Origin: Prasinococcaceae sp. CCMP 1430
Lineage: Eukaryota; Plantae; Prasinodermophyta
Length of the DNA stretch: 64,000 bases
Direction of reading: 5' to 3'
NCBI GenBank assembly: GCA_013416795.1
Contig: RQSC01000027.1
Location: 702,585-766,584, forward strand
Part shown: one piece after another, positions 32,943-44,000 of the stretch
How positions within the stretch are numbered: the stretch's first letter is position 1
How the letters are laid out: each line of letters starts with the position of its first letter
Notes under the pieces: generated by a model
Seen by the model: the letters and a program-made list of their open reading frames with translations, nothing else
What the model was told of the DNA's origin: nothing
Database searches by the model: none
Position numbers and translations under genes: made by a program

Positions 32943-33173
32943 GCGCCAGGCGGGGCCCACGCCCGGACCTGACCAGCCGCGCCGCGGCGCGTAGGGCCAC
33001 TTCCACTCGGTGCGGCCATGTGCCATATTAACAATATTCTGTTGCGTTTCGCAGCTGGCTGGCGCTGGGCCGCGGCGAGGGCCAGAGGAGCGAGCGCGCA
33101 CCTGACCTGCCTTGCCAACGCGCGCGCGCGAATGTGTGAGCCTGTATGTACGCGCCGCGAGCCGACGAGTGCT

Positions 33174-34796
33174 CTAGTTGGAGGCCTCAGCACGCTCCTT
33201 GGCCACCGCTTTGCGCGCCACGCGGTTGAAGTCCCACGTCGTGTACAACGCCACCACCCGCAGCAGAGGCGCGACCAGCACCTCCACAAGTGCCGCCAGC
33301 GGCCGCGGCTGCGCCCCAGGGCGCGGGGGATAGCGGGCGCGCGGCGCGTCCAAACCAGGCTCTGTCAGTGCTCTATGAGCGCGCCCGCGGTGCGCGCGCG
33401 CGCACATGCAGGCTGGCGCAGCGGCCCAAAGGCGACTCAACGACGCACCTGCGCGGCCATGCCCACCGTGGCCGACTTGAGCGCCCAGCCGTCCAGACCA
33501 GTCGAAAGGTAGAATTCACCACGTGAGATACCCTGAGCGCGCGAGGGCACACCAGCGGTCATGCGAGCGTGTGTGCGGGTCAGCCAGCGTGCGGGTTCGC
33601 ACTGCGCTCACGCGCCATGCTTTGGCGCGCGCGCTTGCCTACAGTGCACATGTGTGCGTGCGCGCGTGCGCGCGCGAGTGCGTGCCAGCGCGCACACGTG
33701 ATAGCGGCGCGCACCTCACCTTGAGTATGTCCGCAGCCACCCTCTCGGCAGAAAACTCGCCGCCTGCGCCAGACATCGAACGCGTGACGGCGGGCATTGT
33801 CGCACGTTCTGCGGCGAGCTGCGGAGTGTCGGTGTCCGGCGGCAGCGCGAGCGACACGCGCACGCCATCCACCTGCATCTCCATGCGCAGCGCCTCGGCG
33901 AAGCCCCTTAGCGCGAATTTGGAGGCTGAGTATGCTGTATAGCCGTAGAGCCCTGCGTGGCCGGCCATCGAGCCCACTAGGCCAATGTGTGGCCGCGCAC
34001 CGACGCCTGCCTGTGCCCGCATGCGCATGCCCGGTGCAGCCGCGCGCACGCAGTTGACGGTGCCATGGAAGTTCACTTGCATCACGCGCTCAAAGTCGGT
34101 CGCGGTGAGGTCCTCAAACTGCAAGCGCGCGAGCAGACGAGCGCGCATGGTAAGCGAGTGATTGATGTAACGATGCGCGTCTGCGCCGCCTGACGACGCC
34201 CAAATGCGAGCGCTCGTGCCCACGCGCGCCTGCGGCTGGGCGCACCTTTTTTGCGCAGTCGACGCCCGCGCAGCAGAGCAGCAGGTCGGCGTCGCGCAGC
34301 AGCGGCTCGTCGGCAAACGCAGCGGCAATAACCGCGTCATTCGTGACGTCAGCGCTCACTGCCACACACTCGAAGTCAACATGCGACGCGCATGCACGCA
34401 CGGCGGCCGCAGCCGATGAGAGCTTCGATGCATCGCGCGCGACTGCGCAGACGCGCACGTGTACGTTGCAGGCGCGGTGCATGCCCACAGCGAGGGCCGA
34501 GCGCTCACGCGCGCGGATCAGCACATGAAGGTCTGCACGACCGCGTGTGCACGTGCATATGCGCGCACTAACGCACTGCCGGGCGCCTGCGCGCACGTAC
34601 GCAGCGCGATGGAGCGTGCGCCGTTGGCGGCGAGCTGCTTTGCGGCGGCGAGTCCGATGCCCGAGGAGCCGCCGGTGATGGCGGCACGCGTGCCGGCGAG
34701 CGAGCGAGCGCGCGGCGCTAGGTACATGTGCGCCGCCGCGAGCGCGAACACCACGCCACCCAGCGCGCAGCCGAGCGCCGCCGCAAGCGCCACCAT
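33174..34796 (-). CDS. KDSR: 3-ketodihydrosphingosine reductase (SDR family), multi-exon
   Basis: N-terminal TM, ITGGSSGIG, YTAYSASKFALRGFAEALRME, PPDTDTP, C-terminal hydrophobic EVLVAPLLRVVALY. Confidence 0.85.
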
Positions 34797-35070
34797 GCTT
34801 GTCGCGCACAGGGGTGCGCCTGTGCGTGGCAGTGTGCCACGCGAAATACGCCATTGAGACTGCCGTGTTTTGATGGGGCAAAGGCAGTGGCCGCCGGCGA
34901 CTGGGACGCCGGCGGCTGCTCGCGCCACACCGTGTGCGCAGGGCGAGAGCGCAGTGCGGTTGGGCGGGGGGTGGGCCAGTGCGCGAGTGATTGCGGTGTG
35001 GCGACGTGCGTGTAGGAGCGATTCGATTGGACGGGGCGGTAGAGGGTCTCGTGTGCGGTCCGCCTCAGAC

Positions 35071-36540
35071 ATGGCCGACGCGGCCGCGCTCGCTGCGACG
35101 GGAGCGGCGACCGCAGCGCCGCTGCCGCCGGGCAGCCCCTCCGACGCGCCTCTCTCCAAGCGCCAGAAGCGCCGACTGGCAAATGCCGCACGGCGTGCCG
35201 AGACCAAGAAGGCGCGGCGTGCCGCCGAGAAGGAGAAGAAACGCCTCAACACGGCCGCGCGCAAGGAGGAGCGTGCCGAGGAGCTGCGCGGGCTCGGCGA
35301 GGAAGAGAGGCAAGAGGTCATTCGCAGGCGCAAAGAGGAGCGCCTCGAGCGGGTTCGAGCCAAGCAGGAGCAGGAGCGCCGCCTGAGCGAAGCGGTCACG
35401 CGTGGCGTTCGGCTCGCAATCGATATGCGGTGGGCGGACCAGCAGACGGACCGCGAGATGCGCTCGCTGAGCTTCCAGCTGTCACAGGCTTACGCCTCAA
35501 ACCGCCTATCCCCCGACCCGTGCTGCATCGTACTTGCTGGTCTCTCAGAGGGTGCGTCGTGCACACGCGCGAGCGCTTGCCTGCACTCCCCTGCGTTCCC
35601 ACAGTCGCGCTTACACGCGCTCTCTCTTCTCACTTGCGCACATGCGTTCGCCATCCTCCGCCCTGACCACTGCCATGCCCGCGCATGCACACAGCCTCGC
35701 ACGCGGCCATCAGGCAGGTGAATGCTGGCTTGGACAACTGGCGCGCCACGGTGATTGAGCACGCAGCGCTGGCGGAACTCTATGCGGAGCGCAGGGCAGA
35801 CGTGGTGTATCTCTCGGCGGATGCCGACGAGGAGCTAACGGAGATTGAGAGGGACAAAGTGTACGTCGTTGGCGGGATGCTCGACCACAACTCGCGCAAG
35901 GGCGCCACACAAGAGTGCGCGGATGCCGAGGGCTGGCGCACCGCGCGCCTGCCGTTGGCGAGGCACGTCGAGCTCGGCGGCTCGCCGGTCCTCACGGTCA
36001 ATCAGGTGCGCTCCGTGTGCACGCCCGCGTGCGTGCTTTGGGGCGCATGTCTGCGCATGTGGAGCTCTGTCTCCCCCGAGCGTGTGTGTGTTTTTACGTG
36101 CGCGTGCTGACTGCCTTCGTGCCTCCGACAGGTGGTGGACATGCTGCTGCTGCAGCTCGCGGGCGTGCATGCTGGCCTCGAGGGCGATCGCGCGTGGAAG
36201 ATGGCCATCGAGATGGCTGTGCCGCAGCGCAAGCGCAAAGGATACGTCAAGGTGCGCGCGCGCGCGCGCGCCTGCGAAGCGCGCGCGCACATCTCTGAGG
36301 CTGCGCTGTCGCGCTTGCATGGGGGCGTTGACCTCAATCTTACTCATCGATTTTGTGCCCCTTGTGCAGGGCGAGGGCGAGGGCCCACCGACCGGTGGTG
36401 CTGGGGCAGCGGCGTACGCGGCGATCAAGGCGGCGGCCACCGCCAGGCAGGTCGAAACCCAGAGGGAAGGCGTGCGAGAGGAGGCGCAGGCGGCAGTGGG
36501 CGGAGACATGGGGCGGGCAGCCGACGGGTCCGACGCGTGA
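35071..36540 (+). CDS. TRM10: tRNA (m1G9/m1A9) methyltransferase Trm10 family, four exons
   Basis: SKRQKRR, SLSFQLSQAYASNR, VYLSADADEEL, VYVVGGMLDHN, TARLPL, VLTVNQ|V, VPQRK. Confidence 0.9.
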
Positions 36541-36719
36541 CGCGCTGGCACACGCACAGCCGCTCCAGTAAGCGCGCGTTCCTGCCTTTACTCTGTTCTC
36601 TCTCACCCAGCGCGCGCTGCAGGTCCCATATGCTGCAGGTCCCACGCAAGGGCTACTGCGCTTGCGAGGACGCGTGCACCGCCCTGGCGCACCGTGCTCT
36701 GCCAAGCAGACATTTTGGA

Positions 36720-39700
36720 TCAATCCCCCCCCGCAGCCACGACGCGGCCCACAGAAACGCCGCCGCTGACGTCGATGCCTTGCGCTATCACGCCGTTATC
36801 GCTGCTGCGTCGCGGAACGCCCAGGACAGATGCTGGTGCAGCCTTGGACATGCCCTTGGAGGGAGAGGGTGCCTGAATATGCGCACGGGAGGAAGCAGTG
36901 GCCGGGAGTGTGGTATGTGACACGTGGGGCGTCAGCGCCGACTGACAACGTGCGCTCGCGTGCACGCGCTCGCATGGACATCAGTGTCCGTGCATGTGCG
37001 CGCGCTTGTGCCCGAGCGCGTGCCTGCACGGCGAAGCCGCACCTTGAGCGCGTCTCGAGCCGCCGCCAGGCCTGTCTCAGCGTCATTGGGTGCGCCGACC
37101 TTCCACCTGGCAGCGCCGGGCCCCACTTTGGGCCTGGACACGAGCATCCAAGCAAAAATGGCTGCGTAGCCATAGAGCATTCCGGGTACCGCGCTGCGCA
37201 GAAGGTGCTGTTAAAGGCGGCGCGCACGCACGCCTGCGGTCAGTCAACGAGTCGCGACTCGCGCACGGGACGGTCGCGTGCCCTGGCGTCAGCAGTCCTC
37301 GGAGCCAGCGATGACGCGAGCCGCACGCGCACCTTGAAGATGTTGTTTGTGACGAACGCAACGTAAAGCCCCGAGCAGATTTCGTCGTCTGCCTTCCACT
37401 CAAATGTCGCCGAATACAGCGGCATGAGCGTCCCGTGCAGCTGCGAGCGCGCGGGCGCGGGTGCGGATTGGCCCGATGGTCAGCGTGACGCGCCATGGCG
37501 TACGTGAACCTGCGCAAGCTCGCTCCGCACGCGCACTCACAGGCGCAAGCGCACACAGGCACGTCGGCAGCGCACGTGCTCACGCACGGCCGCACCTTTG
37601 CGATGGTGATGGCGTTGTCGCTGCCCAGGTTTGGATAGAGAATATCAGAGCGACGCGCGAGCACGTTGTACTGCGTCGTCACACGCCCGGCGAGGGCAAG
37701 ACCTGTCCATGGCTCCACGTCGTAGTGGCGTTCATGCGCGCGCGCGCGCACGACATCGGAAGTGTTCGCGCTCCCACCCAGCGCGCGGTATCCATCAAAG
37801 ATGCGCGCGGCCTCATCGTCGCCCGCGTTGGTGTAGGCGTCGAAGATGTCCTCCGCTACGCCCACGAAGTGGGGCTGCGAGAAGTACAACGGAGTCCCTT
37901 CGTACGCGTGAGTGGCGTTCCACACGCCTTGCACGTGATCCGGGTAAACGCAGCGCCGCGGATTCGCGGCTGAGCACGGCGCGAGGCCCGCTTCGGCGAG
38001 CTCGTAGCGTCGTAGGCGAAGGCGCACGTCGCGTGTGGTCAGCAACGTGGGCCTGTCGTACGAGTACGGCAGCCCGTGTGAGAGCTCCGGGTGCCAAACC
38101 TCTTGCGTCTCGAGCGCATCCAGGTGCTGGCCGAAGGCCACGCCGGCGGTGCCGGCCACCGTCTCGATGCCGCGCGGGAAGGCGACCGCAATCTTGCCGT
38201 CGTGGCGTCGATACTGCCCGGCAAGGGTGCCCGAGTCGAGTACAGTTACAGTGAGCCCATTTGTGAGGGGGAATTTGCCGTTCTCCGTGGCCTCGTCCTC
38301 GGGGACGGTCAGGTTGGCTAGATCAGACTCGAGCTCATCGTAGTGCGCCACGATGGCAACCTGTGCCTCAGGCGAGCCCTTGCTGGTCTTCAGCGCTAGG
38401 AGCGGATCCTCGTACCCGAACAGTAGTTCGTTCGCCGTGCGACGCACGACCATGCCGCCGTTTGCGGACTCCTTGGTGAGCAGCCATGGCACAAGCGGTG
38501 TGACGAAGGCGGAGGCAAACGAGATCACGTAGGCGCGCAGGGCAAGGACGTGGTCCTCTGTGACGCCTTTTCCGAGCGCTTTTGCCACCGCCGTCGCGTT
38601 CGCGTCTGCGGCGGCCACGAAGCGCGCAACGGCGTCAGACGGCGCGTCGTCGTCACCTATTCGGAGCGAGCGCGCGTGTGCCCCGCTCGACGCCAGAGCC
38701 TTAGCCTCCGCGTCCGAGCCGCCACCGTGCAAGAATGCGCGCGCGGCCGTGACGGGCAGCGGAGACTCTTCGGCGAGGCGGACGAGGGCGGGGTCCCCCG
38801 ATCCCAGCAGAAAGCCGCAGAAGTCGTACGGTTTCGACGCCGGAATCGCCCGGAAGTCGCGCAGAGGCCTGCCGGCAAGCGGGCCGCAGTTCGCCCACTG
38901 TGCAATCGCCCACTCCGAATCGTCAGCGAAGCCGCGTGAGAGGCTCGCCACTGCAACAGCATCAACCTCGGGCGATGAGAGTAGGCTGTCGCGCGCAGCG
39001 GCGGCCGCCTCCGGTGTGCCCATCCGCCACCCCCGCCAGGTTCGGGAGTGTGGCCGCAGAGTACGCAGAGGCGCGTCGCCCAATCGCAGTGCCGAGTCAA
39101 TGTCTTGCATAGTCAGCGCGTGTGGGGCGTGGAATGGCAGAGCAGCGAATCGAAAGCGATTGGAGGGCGCGCACTCGCGCCGTCCGCGTCACTCCTTGTT
39201 GCCACACGCGCGCGCGTGCACGCACCGAGAGCATCTCTGTCCCCACGGTCAGAGGGTAGATTTCTGGCAGGAAGGCGAGCATTATGCCCAGATCGGTGCC
39301 CTCACCCGTAGCAGCGAAGGAGCTCTGCTGCAGCGTCGCGTAGTACGTGTTCACCACGTGAAACACGGCGTCGGCCGTGCACTCCGCGCAGGACGCCTCC
39401 TCGTTGATGGCGTAGTACTTCTTTGCGTAGGTGCGCACGATACCAGCGGACACGCTCTCCTCGCTCTTGTACGTGTATGTCTTGCATTCGAGCACATAAG
39501 GCCCCACCGCTTGCATGCGCGGCGCGCGCGCGCCGTGCATGAACTCGCTTGGGTTCGTGACGTTCCAGAAGTGATAGGCCACCGACTCGCGGCATTCGTC
39601 CTCGCCGATCGCCTCGACTGTTGGGCGCGCCAACTCGGCAAAGATGCTGTCGTACCAGCTGTCGACCGCGTTGAAAGACGCCCGCACGCTCGCAGAGGCC

Positions 39701-39750
39701 GCGGCGACCAGGCCGACGATGATTGCACTCACAAGCGTGCGTCGCCGCAT
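36720..39750 (-). CDS. CD36/SR-B/LIMP-2 family scavenger-receptor-like membrane protein, multi-exon
   Basis: N-terminal TM followed by YHFWNVTNP...VGPY; RRTANELLFGYEDPLL; PLYFSQPHF; DVEPWTG; C-terminal TM MLYGYAAIFAWMLV. Confidence 0.8.
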
Positions 39751-39980
39751 CACCTTGCACCACGGTCCACCCTCGCCTACGCATCACGTGCGTACATGGT
39801 GGTGGTAGTGATGGGGTTGGGAGTGGGTGGTGAGGTGGCACGAGCAAACATGAGGCGGTTTTAATGTGCCCATGATGCCGGCGAGGGAGCGGGAAGGTCC
39901 AGAGTGGTGGTGTGTGTGCGAGGAGGAAGGCATGGAGGGTAGAAGGGTCGGCAACGAGGAGCAGCGATGCGACACGCGCG

Positions 39981-40611
39981 TTAGTGTGAGATCAAAGGGT
40001 GTCCTCGCAGCTCGTGGCACGGACGCGCGTTCTCACCCAGCACATATGGCGCCTCGCACCAGCAGGGCCAGCAGATCGTCGAGCGGCACCCCCCCACAAA
40101 GCACGAGGGGTCAGCGTGACGCTCCATGCCGTAGCGCATGTCGCGCATGGCTTCGGGTGCATCGGCGCCCTGGGCGGAGTCCACTACCGTGTACTCGATG
40201 GAAAGCGTGCCGTCGCGCTGCATCGCGGCGCGCTTGCAGCTGGGTGCGTGGGGCACGCTGCTCGCACCGCGCCGGCGCTGTGGCGTACACGCGCATCACG
40301 TCTTGTGCGCACCGGCTGGGGTGCACGCGCGCGCGCGCCAACACGAAGGCGCAAGTACAAAAGAGTCCCCCCCGAGAGCAAGTGACCAGAGGCGCGCCCT
40401 TTCGAGCCTCCCCCCCCCCTTCCCTCTCCTCCATACGGCTTCATCTCCATGTCCCTGCGGGGCAGCCGCAGGGCGCCCCGCCGCCGAGCTCCTGAGCGCG
40501 CGCTCTGCCGCGCCCGTTCGGCGCTCCGTGCATTGCAGCGCGGCGCGCGCCCGCGCCCGCGCCTCTTCACACCTGGCTACCCGCACAAGTTACAGCACGA
40601 GGTCGGGGCAT
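39981..40611 (-). CDS. Possible small multi-exon hypothetical gene with Cys-rich C-terminus
   Basis: Coding-like codons in 40256-39981 (QRDGTLSIEYTVVDS...CFVGGCRSTICWPCWC). Upstream exons unresolved. Confidence 0.3.
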
Positions 40612-41030
40612 GGCGCGCGCCCCGCCCGAGCGCGCGCGCGCGGGGGAACGGGGCGGTCGCGCCCACAATCTTTTCGCACATACATGCCGCTCGCGCGAAA
40701 CATGTGCGCCCGTGCGGGGAACAGGCGCACATCAAACAGCACCTGTCTGCTGGCCGAAGCGGCCGCAGCGGCTGTCGCCGCTTTCTTCTGATAATTTCGT
40801 CTCGCAGGCGCCTAAAGCAGCGCCGCCCCCCCTCTCTCCCCCCCCCCCCCCACGAGACGCCCTAAAGCGCAACGCCATACCCTCCAGAAGCCGTATGTCC
40901 CCGCTGCCCCTGCCACCACCAAACCCCGCTCCCCATTCCCCGCGCCTTTCCTCGCCCCTCCCCAGCCGTAGCGCGCACGCCCGCGCGCCTGCATGTCCTT
41001 CGCACACGCCCACTGCACGCGCCCCGCATC

Positions 41031-44000
41031 TTACGTCTCGCAGTCGGGCGCGAACTTTGAGCCGGCGCCGCCCCCGTAGTCGTCGTAGTCGCCGTAGTCG
41101 CCGTAGTCGTCGTAGTCGTCGTAGTCGCCGCCGTCACCATCGTCGGCCGAGGCGAAGGGGTCCATTTCCTCACCCGGCGCGCCGTCGCCGACGCGTGCTG
41201 CACCCTCCACGTCGTGCGCGCTGTCAAGGCCCATGTACGCGCTCGACACGAGCCACACGCGCAGCGGCCGCGCGTCGCCCGGCGGCCTGTCGAACGAGAG
41301 TCGCACCGTCGTTGCGGCGCCTGCGCGCACGGGAGGCACGCGGCGGATGGCCAGCAGCCCATTGGCGCCGTCGCAGAGGACCGCGTGCCAGCCCTCCTCG
41401 ACTGCCTTGGGCCACATCGGCGCGACGGCGCGGCCGGCCTTCGCCGTCTTCCCGCCCCTCCTGGCGCTGTTGCCCGGGCGGCCCGCGCGGCTCGCGCGCT
41501 CGATGCTCACGCACACCTCGCGGCGAGTCTTGTCGCCGCCGTCCGAACCATCGTCGAGCGCGCAGCGCACGGAGAGGGCCGGGAGCGCCTCGAGCATGCG
41601 CATGGCACGGCCGAGCCCGCCGGTGGCGGCGCCCTCCTCACCATCCCCATTGCCGCGCCGGCCGGCCACGCGCCGCAGCGCCGCGCGCGCGTCGGCCTCA
41701 GGCAGGGCGGCCAACTCATGCAGGGAAAGCGCACCCATCTGCGCACCTCCGCCGTTGTCCTTGGCCTTTCCGCGCCGGGCCTTGCCGCCTGCCCCGCCGC
41801 CGCTGCCCCTCGCGAGCTCCCTCGCCGCGCGCACGCTCACGCCCGGCAGCATGGCCGCGGGCGGGTCGGCGGGCCAGCGCGCCTGCACGAGGCCGCGCGA
41901 GAGCTGCAACAGCGACAGCGTCGTGTCCAGCCAGCCGGCCTGCGCTGCGATGTCCACCATCGCAACCAGCAGGCGCTGCGTGCTGTCGAGCACGGTCTTT
42001 GTGTCGGTGATGTAGTCGGACACGGGCAGTGGGATGCGCGACAGGTGCGCCTGCACGAGCAGGTGCGCCTTGGTGTGTGGCTCGTCCACCGTGTTGAGGT
42101 TGACGCGCACGGGGCACTGCTTTGCAAGGTCCAGGTTGAGCACGTCCTCGTTGTGACGCACGGGGAGTTCGTCGAACTCGGCGGCGGCGCACAGGCACTC
42201 CAGCGTGTCCTCCACCGACATGCCGCCGCGCATGCGCTCGGCGAAGATGCCCGCCGTGCGGTGCTGCAGATAGCACAGCGACGCCACCTTCCCTAACGCC
42301 GTCGCCTCCACCTGCATCGCGTCGTCGTCGATCTCTACGCAGCCGCTCTCCTCGAGCGCGGTGAGCGAGTCCTCCACCAGCCCCGACAGGTAGTCGTTGA
42401 TGTCGGAGCTCGTCGTGCCCTGCAGGCCGTAGTACGTCGGATTCTTCGCCAGCCGCCTGAACAGGTAGGTCCACGTGAGGTAGTCGACCGCGTCCTGCGG
42501 CGAGTGCACGGTGCCCGCGACGATCTCGGCGTTGAGGTGGTCGGTGAGCGACTCGTGCAGAGAGCTCTCAACGGGGAAGGGCTCGTACAGGAAGCGTTTG
42601 TAGAAGGACTTCTTCGGCTCGTGCACCATGATGACGGCTACGCCGCGCGTGTCGAACTGAGGGCGCCCCGCGCGCCCCATCATCTGGAGCACGTCCGTGA
42701 TGGGAAAGTCGACGTACTTGCGGCTCGCGCCGTCGTAGAACTCGGTTCCCTTGACGATGACCAGGTGGGCGGGCAGGTTCACCCCCCACGCGAGCGTGCT
42801 GGTGGAGACGAGCACCTGGACCTTGCACTCCGCGAAGAGCCTCTCGACCAGCGTGCGGTCCGATTCCTTGAGGCCCGCGTGGTGCAGGCCGATGCCGAAC
42901 TGCAGCGTGTGGCGCAGCGAGGAGTCGTGCACGCGCTCCAGCAGCGGCGCCAGGTCCGCCTCGCTCATGCGCAGAAACTGCTTGGGCGACTCGTCCGCGG
43001 CGGCGTGCGCGATGAGGTCGAGCGCAGTCAGGCGCGTCTGGCGCCGACTGGCGACGAATATGAGCGCGGGCTTGAGGGGCGAGTGCTGGCAGATGGCACT
43101 GTAGCACGGCTTGTTCATGGTGGCCATCCGCGGGCTGGGTGCGCGTGGCCACGCGATGCGCGCGCGTCAGCACGGCAAAGCCACGGACGCAGCCCACGCG
43201 GAAACGAGCGCCGGCGCGCGACCGCAGAGCAAGACAGCAAGGAGAGCGCGCGCGCGCGCGCACACACCAGTAAAATCGGCCGGGAAAGCCCTGGATGTGG
43301 ACTTCCATGGGAATGGGACGCACGGACGGGCGGAAGTTGAACAGATCGCTGCACTCCGCCGAGCCCTTGCGCACGCGCTCGATGCCCAGCCAGTCAGCGA
43401 GGTCGTGAGCATTCGCCAGCGCCGTCGAGAGGCCTACCACACGCACGGCGGCGCCTGTGCGCCCGGCGACGTGCCGCATGCGGCTCACGATCGCCTCCAG
43501 CACGGGGCCGCGATCGGCACCGAGCAGGTGCACCTCGTCGATGACGAGCAACGCCACGCGCCGCACGTACGCGCGATTCGCCCACGCGCGCGACACGCCG
43601 TCCCACTTCTCTGGCGTAGTCACAATCAGGTCCGCGCGTAGCAGCGCGCGCAGATCGGGCGCATGGTCGCCCGTGAGCTCGACCAGCGACCGCCCTAGTG
43701 CCGGGCAGAAAGAGCGCCCCCAGTCGCTCACGCGCTCGCGCACCAGCGACTTGAGGGGCGCGATGTACACGACGCTGTTCTTCGGGTGCGCACGGAAGGC
43801 GCGCATGATTGCCAGCTCGGCGGTCACCGTCTTGCCCGAGCCGGTGGGAGCGCCCATGAGCACGCTCTTGTCGGTATGGTAGAGCGTGTGAAAGGCCTGC
43901 GTCTGCACGGCGTTGAAGTGCGTGAACTTGCGTTCGTAGAGCGCCTCAGCAGCGGGCCATTGCAGCGCCGAGCGCGGGAGTGGCCGCAGTGCGAGTAGCT

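Noticed and set aside
30606-33101. Long antisense or alternative-frame ORFs (for example 831 aa opposite RNR1, 573 aa at 4337-6058, 646 aa at 7535-9475)
   Set aside because: These are expected shadows of GC3-rich coding strands and N-filled gaps, where stop codons are scarce; they have no recognisable motifs.
14508-39750. Sphingolipid/lipid gene cluster (CREST-like protein, KDSR, CD36)
   Set aside because: The genes are spread over ~25 kb among unrelated housekeeping genes, with no evidence of co-regulation.
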